From the NCBI GenBank assembly GCA_977017575.1, contig CDRNVI010000088.1, forward strand, positions 62,001 through 126,000: DNA of 64,000 nucleotides, in the 5' to 3' direction. Positions 61,734-64,000 of this stretch are shown here, piece after piece. The number at the start of each line of letters is the position of its first letter. Within the stretch, counting starts at the first letter, position 1. The translations under genes and the position numbers were made by a program. The notes under the pieces are model-generated. The model was not told the DNA's origin. It worked only from the letters and a program-made list of their open reading frames with translations, and searched no databases. Source of the stretch: Paramoeba atlantica (lineage: Eukaryota; Protista; Discosea).

Positions 61734-63374
61734 TCACTCCTGAAGATCATCGGAATCCTCTATTTCGTCGTCGTTGTTACTGACGCAAGTGTCGCCAGAC
61801 ACAGAATGATTATCTGCTGACACAACGTCGTAATATTCTTCTCGTAAATGTTTTTTCCACCCTTCAGGATCAGCAGCATTATACGATGACCAAAGCGAAG
61901 CTACGAAATGCTTCGGTAGACTTCGCTTTTTTCTTTCATATTTCGCTTCAATAGAAGGAGCTGAGGTTCTTGCTATTTTCTTACTTAAAGGAAGGATTCT
62001 ATTTCCGTCTACTGCCAATTTAGACCTCCAGTTTCTTGAACCACTATGAATATTTTTTGTTTCAAGAATTGTTGGGAGGGAGTCACTCTTTTTCGATTCT
62101 TTGGTAGGTGGGAGTGCATCAGGAAGAAGTAGTTCATCACAAAAAAGAATAGAGTGCAATAAACAATCATCTTCATCCTGACGCCATTTCGTGTAAGAAA
62201 CAGAACATTTCGGCATAAAGGGAGGAGCTGTGCACGGTTGCCATTTTTTAGCAACATTTGGATTAGCGTTGAAAGTACGATATGCACAGATGACACATTC
62301 CAAAGGAAGTATTTCTCGCACAAAGAAGTTTGAGGATGATGTTGGAATGATTTCGTCCGCACACGCTATGTCCAAATAGACAGCGGCTGCGCCTTCTATG
62401 TTTTCTGCATCAAAAAATTGAAGCATGTTATGATGAAAAAAAGAAAGCAAACGCATTCCTGACACTTCTGGCAAACTGTATAATATTTCTTGCACAGTAT
62501 AAGGTCTTCCGTAGAGAAAACGTGCCGTTGCATGACCTATATTCAGATAAGCATCTCTATTCTGCGGGTTCGGAATTACACTGGTTTGCTTTACTGGTTC
62601 TTTATCGATGTCGATAACGTCGACACCTTTCTTTGGCAAGAGTATACCAGTTTGCTGGTGCGACGGTTCGGCTTTCGTAGTCTTACGTGAAGATCGGTAC
62701 TTTAGAAGAACCCACTGCAGTTGCACGGTAGCAGCACGAATATCACCTGCATCCTCCGCTATGCCCGAAATTGTGTCTCTGATCCCAATTTCGGAAGAAA
62801 AATGGCAAAGGTTCGTTATGTGTTCCAGGCAACGCTTGATAGAAGCTGTCGTAACTGGTGGGACACGTATGAATTCCACATTCGAGGATACCAAAAACTG
62901 TTCCGAAAACCACTCTCGCAGTGCGGTTCGTTCGCTGTAGACGTCTGAGGTGGTGCACATAAAAATCGCTTTGATTCGTGCCTCACGTACTTGAGCAAGA
63001 AATCGGTCGGTTAATCTGTCTCGAAACGCCCTCTGCAATGGACATGTACTTTGAGGAATAACATTTTCGAATACCGTCACGTAGGATCTATTGTCTAGAG
63101 AGCTATTCAGCAGAAGCGCAAGCTCACGAATAGTCCACTCCTCATTAAACACTCTTCTACAAGAAATCTGTCTTTCTGCAATCATTAAGTCCATCGAAGT
63201 GCGCTTGCCGCATCCTGGAGGACCGTGTACAACAAGAACTAACCCGTTCGAAGAATTCATCATCCTGTCGACAGCATTATTAATTTCTTTATTTTTTTGG
63301 TGAGATAGTGTACTGCGAGCAATAGGAACTGCCTTATGTTTTATATTACAAAAGAGACATGACGCACCAACCAT
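61734..63374 (-). CDS. RAD17: RAD17/Rad24-like checkpoint clamp loader
   Basis: VVHGPPGCGK, IRVPPVTTASIKRCL, GDIRAATVQLQW, RDAYLNIGHATARFLYG. Confidence 0.8.
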   Translation of the reverse strand: MVGASCLFCNIKHKAVPIARSTLSHQKNKEINNAVDRMMNSSNGLVLVVHGPPGCGKRTSMDLMIAERQISCRRVFNEEWTIRELALLLNSSLDNRSYVTVFENVIPQSTCPLQRAFRDRLTDRFLAQVREARIKAIFMCTTSDVYSERTALREWFSEQFLVSSNVEFIRVPPVTTASIKRCLEHITNLCHFSSEIGIRDTISGIAEDAGDIRAATVQLQWVLLKYRSSRKTTKAEPSHQQTGILLPKKGVDVIDIDKEPVKQTSVIPNPQNRDAYLNIGHATARFLYGRPYTVQEILYSLPEVSGMRLLSFFHHNMLQFFDAENIEGAAAVYLDIACADEIIPTSSSNFFVREILPLECVICAYRTFNANPNVAKKWQPCTAPPFMPKCSVSYTKWRQDEDDCLLHSILFCDELLLPDALPPTKESKKSDSLPTILETKNIHSGSRNWRSKLAVDGNRILPLSKKIARTSAPSIEAKYERKKRSLPKHFVASLWSSYNAADPEGWKKHLREEYYDVVSADNHSVSGDTCVSNNDDEIEDSDDLQE

Positions 63375-64000
63375 CGCGTATTGCGTCTTGTACTGAAAAT
63401 GTTTTCCACCTCCTTTTCACGGTGATATTCCCGATTTACGTTGAGTCAAACTGCTCAATAAGCAAATCCATAACACTTCGACGATACGGCATGTTCACAG
63501 CATAGTTCGTTCTGTATTTTCTGTAGATAGAACAAAATGTATTACATGCATAATAGATAATTTCGCATGAGCTCTACTTGAACAGTCTATATCAAAGTAT
63601 GATGTGCACTAAATCAAAAGTTTAAAGCAGTCATAACAGGAATGTTGTACATGAAGGCCCAAATATACGAATTCCTGGTGACAACCATCACTCAAGAAGA
63701 TGATACCAGCCACAATATCAAAAATTGTAGTGAAATAGATATGCGTATAAACAGGTCGTCTAGGACTAACGCATAAATCGAGGTGCATAGTACATAGAAA
63801 TTTGATGTCCAACTTAAGTTAAGCATTTGCCAAATGACCAGTTTCTATTTATCACTGGCCCTTCTGAGTTAGACTGCGTGTCTTGTGAGATATTTTTTTG
63901 GTCTTGTGAGATATTACTACCCATGGTTAAAAAGTCTTCGAACAAAATTTTAAGCAAAATTAGACACGCGCTGGAATAAAAATTCTGCGACGTCATCAAT

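Noticed and set aside
63609-63999. Two short minus-strand ORFs (MGSNISQD.. and LDIKFLC..) at the window end
   Set aside because: Short, no recognisable family, and separated by a stop and frame change.
1-64000. tRNA or rRNA genes
   Set aside because: GTTCGA words (e.g. 10494, 10841, 36605, 42355) lack cloverleaf context; none was supportable by eye.

Overview
Intron-less eukaryotic DNA with kinetoplastid organisation. About 30 host genes all lie on the minus strand, forming one directional cluster, and include a PTS1-tagged glycosomal PEPCK and two KKT10/19-type CLK kinases. Compact intergenic spaces plus abundant DNA transposons suggest Perkinsela or a related non-trypanosomatid kinetoplastid (inference, not confirmed). 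The housekeeping backbone (MAK16, RPC82, TAP42, MPP10, PUS1, WEE1, RPN12, SEC61G, SKP1, ELP3, NOP1, RAD17 etc.) is interrupted by mobile-element islands at about 7.2-20 kb, 35.7-37.5 kb and 45-52 kb. The main discovery is a nested stack at 11-20 kb. A Merlin/IS1595 transposase fused to a SWIM finger is split by a Tc1-like element with 138-bp TIRs. That element in turn carries (i) a 438-bp insertion with a 9-bp target duplication and (ii) an intact-looking RT+REL (HERO-like) non-LTR retrotransposon. The retrotransposon begins with a spliced-leader-like 20-mer 29 nt before its ATG and encodes six copies of a Mer3/HFM1-type CxHxCx5CxHxCC zinc finger. All family assignments come from motif recognition only; no database search was run.
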